Source: Thermodesulfobacteriota bacterium
GTDB lineage: Bacteria > Thermosulfidibacterota > Thermosulfidibacteria > Thermosulfidibacterales > B14-G1
Direction of reading: 5' to 3'
DNA: 64,000 bases
Assembly: GCA_024274915.1 (NCBI GenBank)
Contig: JAJSAC010000063.1
Span: 621-64,620, forward strand
Of this stretch, positions 32,941 to 43,593 are shown in pieces. The translations under genes and the position numbers were made by a program. Numbering within the stretch: the first letter of the stretch is position 1; every line of letters begins with the position of its first letter. The notes beneath the pieces are model-generated. The model saw only the letters and a list, made by a program, of their open reading frames with translations, had not been told where the DNA came from and searched no databases.

Positions 32941-33546
32941 GTGCTGCCCATGGACAAGAGCCTTTTGAAGAAGGTATTGGCCTCTGTTCTATTGCTGGTG
33001 GCTTTGGGGTATGTGGGTAATTTATACGTTCTAAAACCCAAGAAAGAGCAGATCACAAGATTGGATAGAGAGATCAAGAATGTAACCTTAAAGATAGAGA
33101 AAGGCAAGAAAGCCCTGAGAAGAGAAAAGGCCCTCACTAAAGAGATTGCAGCATTGGAAGCCAAGCTGGAAACTATGAAATCTGTGCTCCCTACTAAGGA
33201 GGAGATTCCGGGTCTCATAAGAGAGATATCCAGGTTGGGCTATTATAATAGGATCAATTACGCCCTATTTCAGCCTGGAAGGGAGGTGGTCAAAGCGGAC
33301 CAGGGTTACGCTATTCTGGCTATCAGACTTGAGTTCAAGGCTTTTTATCCCCAGCTTATTTCTCTTTTAAGCGGTATTTCTAAAATGGAGAGGCTGGTAA
33401 AGCCCGTAACCCTGAAGGTTCTTTATGCTTCCAAGGGTAGGAAGGTGGTTCTGGAGAACCCCCACCTGATGGTGAAATGTGTCTTGGAGACCTACAGGTA
33501 TGTGCCTCTCCAGAAGGTAAAGGAGAAGAAGGGTGGTAAGAAATAG
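32941..33546 (+). CDS. pilO: PilO
   Basis: TM helix, coiled coil, LP...EIPGL...IS, F.PG.E, ..ERLV. Confidence 0.85.
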   Translation: MLPMDKSLLKKVLASVLLLVALGYVGNLYVLKPKKEQITRLDREIKNVTLKIEKGKKALRREKALTKEIAALEAKLETMKSVLPTKEEIPGLIREISRLGYYNRINYALFQPGREVVKADQGYAILAIRLEFKAFYPQLISLLSGISKMERLVKPVTLKVLYASKGRKVVLENPHLMVKCVLETYRYVPLQKVKEKKGGKK

Positions 33547-33943
33547 GATTATAGGAATCTTGATGATCGTGGGATTGGTTGTCTTTTCTCTCACGTCCCT
33601 CATGGCCTGGGGGGAAGTGGAGAAGAAGGGGGGCTTGACCCCTCCTTCGGTGGTGATACGGAATCCTTTCCAGCCGCCTCCCGCCGTCACCAAAAGGTTG
33701 TTGCGTGCTAAAAGGGCCAATGTTCTCCTTTCTCCCCTTCAGAAGTACGATGTGGAGTCTTTTGTGCTTACAGGTGTCGTGGATGATATGGCTATGGTGG
33801 TTTCTCCAGACGGAGCCACCTACATTATAAGAAAGGGTACTCAAATAGGTAAATATGGGGAAGAGGTGGTGGGGGTTTACAGAGATAGAGTGGCGATAAA
33901 AAGAGGGAACAAGGTCATATATCTCGCCTTTCCCAAGGATTGA
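33533..33943 (+). CDS. pilP: PilP
   Basis: RNPF, SPLQKYD, L.GV...AMV..PDG..Y....G..IG. Confidence 0.8.
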   Translation: MVRNRIIGILMIVGLVVFSLTSLMAWGEVEKKGGLTPPSVVIRNPFQPPPAVTKRLLRAKRANVLLSPLQKYDVESFVLTGVVDDMAMVVSPDGATYIIRKGTQIGKYGEEVVGVYRDRVAIKRGNKVIYLAFPKD

Positions 33944-33960
33944 ATTAAGGAGAGGTTATT

Positions 33961-36111
33961 ATGAGGGTAAAATGGTTACTTTGGGTGATTGGAGGGTTGC
34001 TGGCTTTTGGACTGGGTCTGGCAGAAGCCAAGGGGGCAGTTTATACAATTCAAATTGCTGCCATTAAACATGCCAATAATCTGCCTGTCCTTGAGAAAGA
34101 GGCCATGGAGTTTTCACAGAAAGTGGGTCTCCCCGTGTTTCTGGTCCAGAAGGACTCCACCTATGCCCTCATGGTGGGCCATTTCACCAGCCAGAGTGAG
34201 GGAAGTGTTTTCAAGGACAAGATATCCGATACTTTTCCCGATGCTTTTGTGATTCCTTGGAAGGGTATGAAAGTGGTGGAGGTTTTCAAAGGGGGAACTC
34301 CTGTTAAGGAGGGTGATGTATCTCAGGCCAAGAGCCCCTCTCCACCTGAGAAGAAGTCTGGCGCTGTGGAGGAGGGGAAGACAAGGGTGACCGGGGAGAA
34401 GATGGGTGGACTTCCCAAGGGTATTTATCCCAAGAACTCCCTTGTCAAAATCAAGGCCTTGGGATCCGCTCTGGTTTTGGTGGGTATGAATCCCTGGGGG
34501 TTTGTGGATCTAGAGAAGTTCTATCCACCCCTCCGTTATGTTGTTCATCTTTTTAACACCAGCCCCGCTGTCACCCTGGATACCCTCTATTCTCCCACTC
34601 CTGGGGTGGAGAAGGTGAAGATCCTCTTCGATTATGTGGATAGGAAAACAGACGTGGTGATCTACCCTTCCGGTCCCACCCCTCTGGCACTGGAGAAGAG
34701 GGGAAAGGTGCTGGTCCTTTCCCTGAGGGGTCTTCAGGAAGAAGTTGGGGAGAAGAAGGGGGAGGTGAAGGCCTCTGTTCCCACCTTTGAAGGGAAGAAA
34801 AAGGTCTATACGGGGAAGAAGGTATCCTTAGAGTTTAAAAACGCCGACATAAGGGACGTTATAAGGATACTGTCCGAGGTGAGTGGCCTCAATTTCGTTG
34901 TGGACCCTGATGTTAAAGGGACGGTGACCGTGAAGCTGGACAATGTCCCTTGGGATCAGGCCTTGGACGTGATTCTTAGGACAAATAGATTGGGCAAGGT
35001 GGTGGAAGACGGCATAGTGAGGATAGGTACCCTTAAGAGTCTGGCCCAGGAGGGGCAGGCCCAGGAGTCTGCAAGGAAGGCCTTAGAGAAGACGAAGCCA
35101 TTGGTATTGGAGGTAATTCCCCTCAATTTCGTGGAGGCGAGTAAGGTTAAGACCCTTATAACACCCCTCTTGAGTGATAGTGGTAAGGTGGACTATCTCG
35201 AGAGGATCAACGCCCTGGTGGTGAAGGACAACGCCGAAAGGATAGCTAAGATAAAGGACTTTGTGAAGAAAATAGACACACCTACCCCCCAGATCCAGAT
35301 AGGGGCCAGGATTGTGGAGATTGTGACCACCTACATGAAGGAGTTGGGAATCCAGTGGGGGTTCTTGTGGAGACAGACCCGTACAGATATGCTCTTTCCT
35401 TACTCTTTCGGGGTGGGGGGTGGAGTGTCCACTGCTCCTGCCGCTACCCAGGCCTTGACCACTATGGAGGGGGTGTCTGGTTGGTCTCCCGCTTCCATAG
35501 CCCCCGGCTATGTGGTGGATCTACCCGCAGCAGTCATGACCGGTTCGGGTGGGGCTATTGCAGCCAGTTTGTTGAACGCCAGCGAGACTTTTGGCCTGGA
35601 CATTCGTCTTTCTGCTCTGGAGGAGGAGGGTGTAGCCAGAACCGTTTCCAATCCCAAGCTGGTCACCTTGGATAATCAGGAGGCGGAAATCAGCCAGGGA
35701 TATGAGATTCCCTTCGCCACGGTGTCTGAGTCTGGTACCCAGACGGAGTTTAAAGAGGCAAAACTTAAGCTCCTGGTGAAACCCCATGTCACTTCTAGTG
35801 GTGACATTGTGATGGATGTGGAAGTCTCAAAGGATTCGCCCGATTTTACCCACGTGACCCCTGACGGTGTGCCTATCCAGACCCGTTCTGTGAAGACATC
35901 GGTTCGGATGAAGAACGGGGACACCCTCATCATAGGTGGCATATATGAGATGACCAAGAGCAAGAAGAACAATCAGGTACCCGGGCTGAGCCGCATTCCT
36001 CTGTTGAGCTGGCTCTTCCGCCATAGATCAGAGAACCTGGAAAAGAGGGAACTTCTCATCTTTATCACTCCCACGGTGATTGAGGCCGGGATAGTTCAAG
36101 GGAAGAGATGA
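33961..36111 (+). CDS. pilQ: Type IV pilus secretin PilQ with N-terminal SPOR-like domain
   Basis: [58 protein letters not shown]. Confidence 0.93.
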   Translation: MRVKWLLWVIGGLLAFGLGLAEAKGAVYTIQIAAIKHANNLPVLEKEAMEFSQKVGLPVFLVQKDSTYALMVGHFTSQSEGSVFKDKISDTFPDAFVIPWKGMKVVEVFKGGTPVKEGDVSQAKSPSPPEKKSGAVEEGKTRVTGEKMGGLPKGIYPKNSLVKIKALGSALVLVGMNPWGFVDLEKFYPPLRYVVHLFNTSPAVTLDTLYSPTPGVEKVKILFDYVDRKTDVVIYPSGPTPLALEKRGKVLVLSLRGLQEEVGEKKGEVKASVPTFEGKKKVYTGKKVSLEFKNADIRDVIRILSEVSGLNFVVDPDVKGTVTVKLDNVPWDQALDVILRTNRLGKVVEDGIVRIGTLKSLAQEGQAQESARKALEKTKPLVLEVIPLNFVEASKVKTLITPLLSDSGKVDYLERINALVVKDNAERIAKIKDFVKKIDTPTPQIQIGARIVEIVTTYMKELGIQWGFLWRQTRTDMLFPYSFGVGGGVSTAPAATQALTTMEGVSGWSPASIAPGYVVDLPAAVMTGSGGAIAASLLNASETFGLDIRLSALEEEGVARTVSNPKLVTLDNQEAEISQGYEIPFATVSESGTQTEFKEAKLKLLVKPHVTSSGDIVMDVEVSKDSPDFTHVTPDGVPIQTRSVKTSVRMKNGDTLIIGGIYEMTKSKKNNQVPGLSRIPLLSWLFRHRSENLEKRELLIFITPTVIEAGIVQGKR

Positions 36112-37241
36112 GGTTTCTCACGGCGGGGGAGTCCCACGGGGCTGCCCTAGTTGCCATAGTCGAGGGCGTACCCGCCCATCTGCCCATTGCGGCTGACTAC
36201 ATCGATGCCCATCTGGCCAGGCGCCAGGTGGGCATCGGTCGTGGTGGACGAATGAAGATAGAGAGGGACAGGGTGCAGATTCTATCCGGCGTGCGGGGCG
36301 GCTTCACCCTGGGATCACCCATTGCCCTCCTTATAGAGAACCTGGACTGGCCCAATTGGGAAAGGGTGATGGCCGTGGAGGGTTCTTTGGAGGGGGAGAA
36401 GGTGACCAAGCCCCGCCCGGGGCATGCGGATCTCTCCGGGGCCCTTAAGTACCTTCACCGGGACATGAGGAACGTGTTGGAAAGGGCCAGTGCTCGGGAG
36501 ACGGCAGCCAGAACGGCGGTAGGGGCAGTGGCCAGGAGGCTTCTGGAGGAGTTGGGTATAGTTGTTCTCTCCCATGTGGTGAGCATTGGACCTGTGGTGG
36601 TGGAGGAGGTGGTCTTTGACCGGGTGGAGGATTCTCCTTTGAGGTGTGGTGATCCCCGGGCAGAGGAAGCCATGAAGGAGGCTATATTTCGTGCCCAGGA
36701 TGAAGGTGACACCTTGGGCGGTGTTTTTGAGGTGAGGGCAAGGGGGGTACTGCCCGGGTTGGGGAGCTATGTCCAATGGGACAGGCGTCTGGATGCCAGG
36801 TTGGCCCAGGCCATTATCTCCATTCCTGGGGTGAAAGGGGTGGAGATAGGTGAGGCCTTTTCCCTCTCTTCCAAGCCCGGCTCCCACGTCCACGATGCCA
36901 TCTATTGGAGTGCTGAGAGGGGTTTTTACCGTGAAACCAACAGGGCTGGGGGTATTGAAGGGGGCGTGAGCAATGGCGAGGAAATAGTGGTAAGGGGAGC
37001 CATGAAACCCATCCCTACCCTTTCCAGGCCTCTGGACTCGGTGGATATTGAGACCAAGGAGCCCTTTCCCTCCCATAAGGAGAGGTCCGACGTTTGTGCC
37101 GTACCTGCTGCAGGGGTGGTGGCGGAGGCCATGGTGGCTTGGATATTGGCCCAGGCTGTTATGGAGAAGATGGGTGGGGACACTCTGGAAGAGGTGAAGA
37201 AGCGTTGGGAGGAGCATCGGGAGAAGGTGAGGACCTTCTGA
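36108..37241 (+). CDS. aroC: Chorismate synthase
   Basis: [46 protein letters not shown]. Confidence 0.97.
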   Translation: MRFLTAGESHGAALVAIVEGVPAHLPIAADYIDAHLARRQVGIGRGGRMKIERDRVQILSGVRGGFTLGSPIALLIENLDWPNWERVMAVEGSLEGEKVTKPRPGHADLSGALKYLHRDMRNVLERASARETAARTAVGAVARRLLEELGIVVLSHVVSIGPVVVEEVVFDRVEDSPLRCGDPRAEEAMKEAIFRAQDEGDTLGGVFEVRARGVLPGLGSYVQWDRRLDARLAQAIISIPGVKGVEIGEAFSLSSKPGSHVHDAIYWSAERGFYRETNRAGGIEGGVSNGEEIVVRGAMKPIPTLSRPLDSVDIETKEPFPSHKERSDVCAVPAAGVVAEAMVAWILAQAVMEKMGGDTLEEVKKRWEEHREKVRTF

Positions 37242-37738
37242 AGGGGCGGCCCCTTTTTCTGTTGGGTTTCATGGGGTCAGGGAAGAGCACCGTGGGCCTC
37301 CTACTGGCTAAGGCTCTGGGTTGTCCCTTTGTCGATTTGGATGCCCTCATTGTGGAGCGGGTGGGTAGGAGCATTGAGGACATCTTTGATACCGAGGGGG
37401 AAGAGGGTTTCAGGAGGTACGAGACCCAGGCCTTAAGGGCAGTGGCTAGGAAAGCCTCGGTGGTGGCCACCGGTGGGGGGGTGGTGACCCGTGAGGAAAA
37501 CTGGGGGGTGCTGAATAGTGGCATTACGGTGGCCCTTACAGCATCTCCTGGTGCGTTAAGGCGGAGGTTGAGAAGGGGTGATGGACGCCCCCTTCTTCGG
37601 GGTGAGAAGGGTTGGGAGGAGTTGCTGATAGAGAGGGAACCCCTTTACAGGAGGGCCTGGCTGGTTATAGATACTACAAACTTGACGCCCCGAGAGGTGG
37701 TCGATCGCATCTTGAGGGCTCTCGAGGAGGGGTCTTGA
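37205..37738 (+). CDS. aroK: Shikimate kinase
   Basis: GFMGSGKS P-loop, DLD, GE..FR..E, ATGGG, RPLL, R..LY. TTG start at 37205 after GAGGTG. Confidence 0.9.
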   Translation: MGGASGEGEDLLKGRPLFLLGFMGSGKSTVGLLLAKALGCPFVDLDALIVERVGRSIEDIFDTEGEEGFRRYETQALRAVARKASVVATGGGVVTREENWGVLNSGITVALTASPGALRRRLRRGDGRPLLRGEKGWEELLIEREPLYRRAWLVIDTTNLTPREVVDRILRALEEGS

Positions 37739-38187
37739 AGGTCTTGGTCGTTAACGGTCCTAACATGAATCTCTTGGGCAAGAGAGAGAGGGATCTATAC
37801 GGCTCCTGGACTTTGGAGGATCTCCAGGGGGCTTTAAGGGAGAAGGGGAGGACTCTGGGCATAGTGGTGGATTTTTTCCAGTCCAACCACGAGGGGGAGA
37901 TTGTTGAGAAAATTCAGGGGGCCGAAGATTACGACTATCTTGTGGTCAATGCAGCTGCCTATACCCATACCAGCGTTGCTATAAGGGATGCCCTTCTTGC
38001 CTTGGGTAAACCTTTCATAGAGGTACATATGACCAACGTTTATGCCCGAGAGCCCTTCCGTCATCGCTCTTATCTCTCCGACGTGGCAATGGGTCAGGTA
38101 GTGGGTTTCGGTGTATGGAGCTACTTTTTGGCTTTAGATGCTTTGGGCTATATGGGGGAGGGTAGGGGTGGACCTGGAGGGGATTAG
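37735..38187 (+). CDS. aroQ: Type II 3-dehydroquinate dehydratase
   Basis: NGPNMNLLG.RE..LYG, QSNHEG, THTSVAIRDA, EVH.TN...RE.FR. Confidence 0.95.
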   Translation: MKVLVVNGPNMNLLGKRERDLYGSWTLEDLQGALREKGRTLGIVVDFFQSNHEGEIVEKIQGAEDYDYLVVNAAAYTHTSVAIRDALLALGKPFIEVHMTNVYAREPFRHRSYLSDVAMGQVVGFGVWSYFLALDALGYMGEGRGGPGGD

Positions 38188-39220
38188 GGAAAGGCTTTCC
38201 AGGGAGGAGGTGGAAGCTTTTCTCATATCCAATATCGTTAATGTCCGTTATGTCTCGGGTTTTACTGGTTCTTCTGCCTTTATTCTCATCAGCTCCAAGG
38301 AGGTGCTCTTTGTGACCGATCCCCGGTACGGAGAACAGGCTTCTTCCCAAATCCCCCCTTTCTACGATTTGGTGGTACTTAAACCGGGAGAGCGCCTCTC
38401 CTCGGTGATTAAAGGGAAAGGATGGTCTTCTCTGGCTGTGGAAGACTCCATTACCCTGGCCCAGTACAACTCTCTGAAAGAGGGACTGGAGGGGGTAGAG
38501 TTGGTGGCGTGGAAGGGAGTGGTGGAGACAGCCAGGAGGATAAAGGCACCTTGGGAAGTGGAAAAAATGAGGGGAGCTGTGGCCCTGGCTCAGGAGGCCT
38601 TTAATAGGCTCAGGGGCGTGATGAGACCTGGAGTGGTCGAGAGGGATTTAGCTCTGGAATTGGAGTTTGTCATGAGGAAGGCCGGGGCGGAGGGTGTGGC
38701 CTTTCCTGCTATTGTGGCCTCTGGCCCTCGATCGGCCCTACCCCACGGAGAGGCCTCTTCTAGGACCATAGGAGAAGAGGATTTGGTTGTGTTGGATTTT
38801 GGGGCCCGGTGGCAGGGCTACTACTCTGACATGACTCGGACCCTGAAATTCGGCCAGTGGCGGAGTTGGGAGAGGAAGGTTTGTCGGGTGGTCCTGGAGG
38901 CCCAGCAGGCAGCCTTGGAGGTGGTGAAGCCTGGGGTCGAGGCCAGAGAGGTGGACGCTGTGGCCCGGGGGGTTATAGAGAAGGCAGGTTATGGGGAGTT
39001 TTTCGGCCATGGCTTGGGCCACGGGGTGGGGCTGGAGGTTCACGAGGCCCCTTCCCTTTCTCCCTCATCCCGGGATGTGCTGGAGGAGGGGATGGTTTTC
39101 ACTGTGGAGCCTGGTATCTATCTTCCTGGTAAAGGGGGTGTGAGAATAGAGGACATGGTCTATCTGGGTTTGGAGGGACCGGAAGTGCTCACCAGCCTTC
39201 CCAGGGAGGTGGAGGAATGA
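38168..39220 (+). CDS. Xaa-Pro aminopeptidase (M24)
   Basis: LPHG, LDFGA...Y.SD.TRT, HGLGHGVGLEVHE, TVEPGIY, GVRIED. Confidence 0.93.
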   Translation: MDLEGIRERLSREEVEAFLISNIVNVRYVSGFTGSSAFILISSKEVLFVTDPRYGEQASSQIPPFYDLVVLKPGERLSSVIKGKGWSSLAVEDSITLAQYNSLKEGLEGVELVAWKGVVETARRIKAPWEVEKMRGAVALAQEAFNRLRGVMRPGVVERDLALELEFVMRKAGAEGVAFPAIVASGPRSALPHGEASSRTIGEEDLVVLDFGARWQGYYSDMTRTLKFGQWRSWERKVCRVVLEAQQAALEVVKPGVEAREVDAVARGVIEKAGYGEFFGHGLGHGVGLEVHEAPSLSPSSRDVLEEGMVFTVEPGIYLPGKGGVRIEDMVYLGLEGPEVLTSLPREVEE

Positions 39221-39630
39221 AGAAGGCCAGGGCCACCTTTAGGGTGAGGTACGGAGAGACGGACAGAATGGGAGGGGTCTATTACGCCAACTACGTGGCG
39301 TGGTTTGAAATGGGGCGGAGTACCCTCATGAGGGAGGCAGGATGTCCTTACAGCCTTCTGGAGGAAGGAGGGTGTGTCCTGCCGGTGGTGGAGGCTTACT
39401 GTAAGTATAGGTGCCCTGCCCATTACGATGATCGTTTGGTGATGGAGACGTGGCTTACCAAACTCACCAAGAGGGACATCACCTTCAGCTATCGGATTTT
39501 GAGGGACGGGAAAGTGCTGGCTGAGGGTTATACCCGCCACATACCCGTTAGTCCTGAAGGGAAGCGTATACCTGTGCCCCCTCGCCTCTTCCCTTTGCTG
39601 GAGCCTTACTTGGATGTTAGTGGGGTTTGA
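39217..39630 (+). CDS. YbgC/4HBT-family acyl-CoA thioesterase
   Basis: RVRY.ETD.MG.VYYANY..WFE.GR. Confidence 0.9.
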   Translation: MKKARATFRVRYGETDRMGGVYYANYVAWFEMGRSTLMREAGCPYSLLEEGGCVLPVVEAYCKYRCPAHYDDRLVMETWLTKLTKRDITFSYRILRDGKVLAEGYTRHIPVSPEGKRIPVPPRLFPLLEPYLDVSGV

Positions 39631-39816
39631 CAGGAGAATTATTTATGTTGTAGTTAGTCTTAGCGAGCCTTCCGCTGTTTCTGGGATGGAGAGGTTAGAA
39701 ACGGAAGAGAGGGGTGGCCTTTTGTTTGGTTCTTCCCGCCCTGTGGGGCCGGCGAGGGGTAGAAAAGTTATATCTACCTTTCCTGTTTTATACCATCTTC
39801 TCCCCGGGGTGAGTTT

Positions 39817-41106
39817 ATGTTGAAGATCTACAAGGTGGGGGATTTCTCTTTCACCCACTGGTTAGATAGGTTGGAGAGACGGGGAGAGGTGTTGGAGTCT
39901 CGGGTAGTAGAGGAGGTTCGGGGTATCATTGAGGCTGTCAGGACCAAGGGGGACGAAGCCCTTTTGGAATATACCGAAAAGTGGGATGATTTTCGGATCT
40001 CTTCTCCTCAAGAGTTGATTATAGAGAGGTCCCAGATGGAAGCGGCCTTTCTTTCCCTGCCATCCGAGCTCCGTCTAGCTTTGGAGAAGGCGTCGGACAG
40101 GATCAAGAGGTTTCACGAGGTTCAGAGGGAAAATTCTTGGTTCTTTTGCGAAGAGAATGGCACTATTCTGGGACAGAAGGTGACCCCTTTGGATAGAGTG
40201 GGGGCTTATGTTCCTGGAGGTAGGGCCAGTTACCCTTCTTCTTTATTGATGAATGTGATCCCTGCCCGGGTGGCTGGGGTCAAGGAGGTGGTGGTTTGTT
40301 CTCCCACCCCCAGGGGCGAGGTTAATGAAGCCCTCCTGGGCGCGGCCTATCTGGCCCAGGTGGACAGAATATACAGGGTGGGTGGGGCCCAGGCCGTGGC
40401 TGCCATGGCTTACGGTACAAGGCTCATACCACCTGTGGACAAGATAGTGGGACCGGGCAATATCTATGTGGCCACAGCCAAAAAGATGCTTTACGGCAAG
40501 GTGGACATCGACATGGTGGCTGGTCCCAGTGAGATTCTCGTTTTGGCGGATGACACAGCCCCTCCCTCCTATGTCGCTGCAGATCTCCTTTCCCAAGCTG
40601 AACACGATCCCTTGGCTTCAGCTATTCTCATCACTCCTTCCATGGCATTGGCCGAAGAGGTGGCAAAGGAAGTAGAGAACCTTTTGGAGGGGTTGACCAC
40701 TTCCTCTACAGCTCGGGATTCCCTGGCTGAATATGGAGGGGCAGTGGTGTGTTCTACCCTGGAAGAGGGGATAGATCTGGTGAATAGGCTTGCTCCCGAG
40801 CACCTGGAGATCCTTACCCGGGATCCCTGGGGGGTATTGCCCCTGGTAGACCACGCAGGGGCAATTTTTTTGGGTGTATATTCTCCAGAACCCATGGGGG
40901 ATTACATGGCGGGACCCAACCACGTCCTGCCCACGGGAGGTCGGGCTAGGTTTTCTTCTCCCCTCGGTACCAGGGACTTTGTTAAGTACTCTAGTGTGAT
41001 ATCTCTGAGTAAAGGGGCTTTCAGAGAGCTGCAGGATGGGGTGGTTACCCTGGCCAGGTGGGAGGGGTTACCTGCCCATGCAAGGGCCGTGAAGATTAGA
41101 GAGTAG
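39817..41106 (+). CDS. hisD: Histidinol dehydrogenase
   Basis: YVPGG.A.YPSS, GGAQAVAA, GPGNIYV, AGPSE, SQAEHD, APEHLE, GDY.AGPNH.LPT. Confidence 0.97.
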   Translation: MLKIYKVGDFSFTHWLDRLERRGEVLESRVVEEVRGIIEAVRTKGDEALLEYTEKWDDFRISSPQELIIERSQMEAAFLSLPSELRLALEKASDRIKRFHEVQRENSWFFCEENGTILGQKVTPLDRVGAYVPGGRASYPSSLLMNVIPARVAGVKEVVVCSPTPRGEVNEALLGAAYLAQVDRIYRVGGAQAVAAMAYGTRLIPPVDKIVGPGNIYVATAKKMLYGKVDIDMVAGPSEILVLADDTAPPSYVAADLLSQAEHDPLASAILITPSMALAEEVAKEVENLLEGLTTSSTARDSLAEYGGAVVCSTLEEGIDLVNRLAPEHLEILTRDPWGVLPLVDHAGAIFLGVYSPEPMGDYMAGPNHVLPTGGRARFSSPLGTRDFVKYSSVISLSKGAFRELQDGVVTLARWEGLPAHARAVKIRE

Positions 41107-41124
41107 AAGGATGGGGAGGAAAAG

Positions 41125-43566
41125 ATGAAATATATCAAATGGTTCAGAGAGATAGGCATGGAGGACTTGCCTCTAGTGGGGGGCAAGAACGCCTCTCTGG
41201 GAGAGATGTTTCGGGCCCTTACGCCCAAGGGGGTGAAGGTTCCCGATGGCTTTGCTATTACGGTGGACGCCTATTGGGATATTCTCGAGCATAACAATCT
41301 CAGGGAGAGGATCCAGGAGATCCTGGAGGATCTGGACACCTCAGACATGGAGGATCTGGCCGCCAGGGGAAAGAAGGTGAGGGACCTTATCTATTATTCC
41401 AGTTTTCCAGAGGAGCTGGAGGCGGAGATCAGAGAGGCGTACGAAAGGTTGTGCGAGGAGTATGGTTCCGATACGGATGTGGCCGTCCGTTCTTCTGCCA
41501 CGGCAGAGGATTTGCCTGATGCCTCCTTTGCAGGTCAGCAGGACACCTACCTCAACATCAAAGGGGCTGACAAGGTGATAGATGCCTGTAAGAAGTGTTT
41601 TGCTTCCCTTTTTACCAACAGGGCCATCTCTTACCGGCATGATAAGGGTTTTGACCAGTTTAGCGTGGGGCTGTCCATAGGTATTCAGAAGATGGTTCGT
41701 TCTGACCTGGCCTGCAGTGGGGTGATGTTCACCATAGACACAGAGAGCGGATTTAAGGACGTGGTTTACATCACCGCCACTTATGGTTTGGGTGAAGTCT
41801 TGGTCCAGGGAGAGGTGAATCCCGATGAGTATTATGTGTTCAAGCCCACTCTTTTTAAGGGTTACCGTCCCATTGTGAGGAAGCAGCTGGGGAAGAAGCA
41901 GATCAAGATGATTTACTCTGACAAAGTGGGTACCAAGAGTGTTAAGAAGGTGGTGGTACCTAAGCTGGAGAGGATGAAGTTTGCCCTCAACGATGACGAG
42001 ATCCTCAGGTTGGCCCATTGGGCGGTGCTCATTGAGGACCACTATACCCAGAAGGCGGGTTCCCCCCGTCCCATGGACATAGAGTGGGCCAAGGACGGCA
42101 TCACCGATGAGCTTTTCATAGTTCAGGCTCGCCCCGAGACGGTCCATTCCCAGCGGCGTATGGACGTTATGGAGACCTATCGTCTAAAGGAACGGGGCAA
42201 GGTGCTGGTGACAGGCAAAAGCGTTGGTGACAAGGTGGGCACGGGCAAGGTGAGGGTCATATCCAATGTCAAGGAGATGCACAAATTCCAGCCGGGGGAG
42301 GTGCTGGTCACAGAGATGACGGACCCCGACTGGGAGCCCATCATGAAGTTTGCCTCGGCCATCGTTACAGATAAGGGGGGCAGGACCTGCCACGCTGCCA
42401 TAGTTAGCCGGGAGATGGGGGTGCCCGCTGTGGTGGGCACGGGTAACGCCACAGAGGTACTCATGACCGGTCAAGAGGTGACCGTTTCCTGTGCTGAAGG
42501 GGATGTGGGATACGTTTATGAGGGTATCCTGGGGTATGAAGTGGACAGGGTGGACCTCAAGGACCTGCCTCGCCCCAAGACCAAGATCATGATGAACCTG
42601 GGCAATCCCGAGGAGGCCTTCAAGTACTCTTTCGTCCCCAACGACGGTGTGGGGTTGGCCAGATTGGAGTTCATCATCAACTCTTACATTAAGATCCATC
42701 CCCTGGCCCTGGCTTATTTCCACAGGCTGGAGGAGATTGGGGCCAGGGCGGGAGCCACTCCCGAGCAGATAAAGGATTTGAAGGCCACCATTGAGGAGAT
42801 GACTTTGGGGTATCCTAGCAAAACGGAGTACTTTGTGAGAAAGCTGGCTGAGGGTGTGGGCACCATTGCCGCCGCCTTCTATCCCAATGATGTGATAGTT
42901 CGTATGAGCGATTTCAAGAGTAACGAGTATGCCAACCTCATTGGTGGGTTCCTCTTCGAACCCGAAGAAAACAACCCTATGCTGGGTTTCAGGGGTGCCA
43001 GCCGGTACTACCATCCCAAGTACAGGGACGGATTTGCCCTGGAATGTAGGGCCATGAGGGTGGTGAGGGACGAAATGGGCCTCACCAACGTGAAGCTTAT
43101 GGTACCTTTCTGCCGCACCCCCGAAGAGGGGATCAAAGTGATCGAGGAGATGGAGAAGAACGGTCTTGTCCAGGGAGATAATGGTCTTCAGGTCTATGTC
43201 ATGTGCGAGCTCCCCGTGAACGTGGTCTTGGCCGATGCTTTTTCCGATATCTTCGATGGGTTCTCCATCGGGTCCAATGACCTCACCCAGCTGGTCCTGG
43301 GGGTGGACAGAGATTCGGAGCTGATTGCCGACATCTTTGACGAAAGAAACGAGGCGGTGAAGCGCATGATTGCCCAGGTGATAGAGGTGGCCCATCGATA
43401 CGATCGGAAGGTGGGTATCTGTGGACAGGCCCCTTCGGACTACCCCGAGTTTGCCCAGTTCTTGGTGGAATGTGGCATAGACAGCATATCCCTCAACCCC
43501 GACACGGTTCTCAAAGGCACCCTTACCATACTGGAGGCTGAGGGCAAGGGCAAAGTAGTGAGTTGA
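41125..43566 (+). CDS. ppsA: Phosphoenolpyruvate synthase
   Basis: VGGKNASLGEM, AVRSSATAED, QARPETV, GGRTCHAAI phospho-His, SIGSNDLTQ, GICGQ. Confidence 0.97.
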   Translation: MKYIKWFREIGMEDLPLVGGKNASLGEMFRALTPKGVKVPDGFAITVDAYWDILEHNNLRERIQEILEDLDTSDMEDLAARGKKVRDLIYYSSFPEELEAEIREAYERLCEEYGSDTDVAVRSSATAEDLPDASFAGQQDTYLNIKGADKVIDACKKCFASLFTNRAISYRHDKGFDQFSVGLSIGIQKMVRSDLACSGVMFTIDTESGFKDVVYITATYGLGEVLVQGEVNPDEYYVFKPTLFKGYRPIVRKQLGKKQIKMIYSDKVGTKSVKKVVVPKLERMKFALNDDEILRLAHWAVLIEDHYTQKAGSPRPMDIEWAKDGITDELFIVQARPETVHSQRRMDVMETYRLKERGKVLVTGKSVGDKVGTGKVRVISNVKEMHKFQPGEVLVTEMTDPDWEPIMKFASAIVTDKGGRTCHAAIVSREMGVPAVVGTGNATEVLMTGQEVTVSCAEGDVGYVYEGILGYEVDRVDLKDLPRPKTKIMMNLGNPEEAFKYSFVPNDGVGLARLEFIINSYIKIHPLALAYFHRLEEIGARAGATPEQIKDLKATIEEMTLGYPSKTEYFVRKLAEGVGTIAAAFYPNDVIVRMSDFKSNEYANLIGGFLFEPEENNPMLGFRGASRYYHPKYRDGFALECRAMRVVRDEMGLTNVKLMVPFCRTPEEGIKVIEEMEKNGLVQGDNGLQVYVMCELPVNVVLADAFSDIFDGFSIGSNDLTQLVLGVDRDSELIADIFDERNEAVKRMIAQVIEVAHRYDRKVGICGQAPSDYPEFAQFLVECGIDSISLNPDTVLKGTLTILEAEGKGKVVS

Positions 43567-43593
43567 TTTGTTGTGTTGGGGAGGGGGGATAGT

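Noticed and set aside
37238-37240. CTG start codon for aroK overlapping the aroC stop
   Set aside because: An in-frame TTG at 37205 with a GAGGTG RBS offers a conventional start.
39643-39816. SRP RNA, 6S RNA or T-box upstream of hisD
   Set aside because: No SRP GGAA/GCAGC core, no long terminal pairing as in 6S, and GGGTGG is not followed by the T-box NACC.
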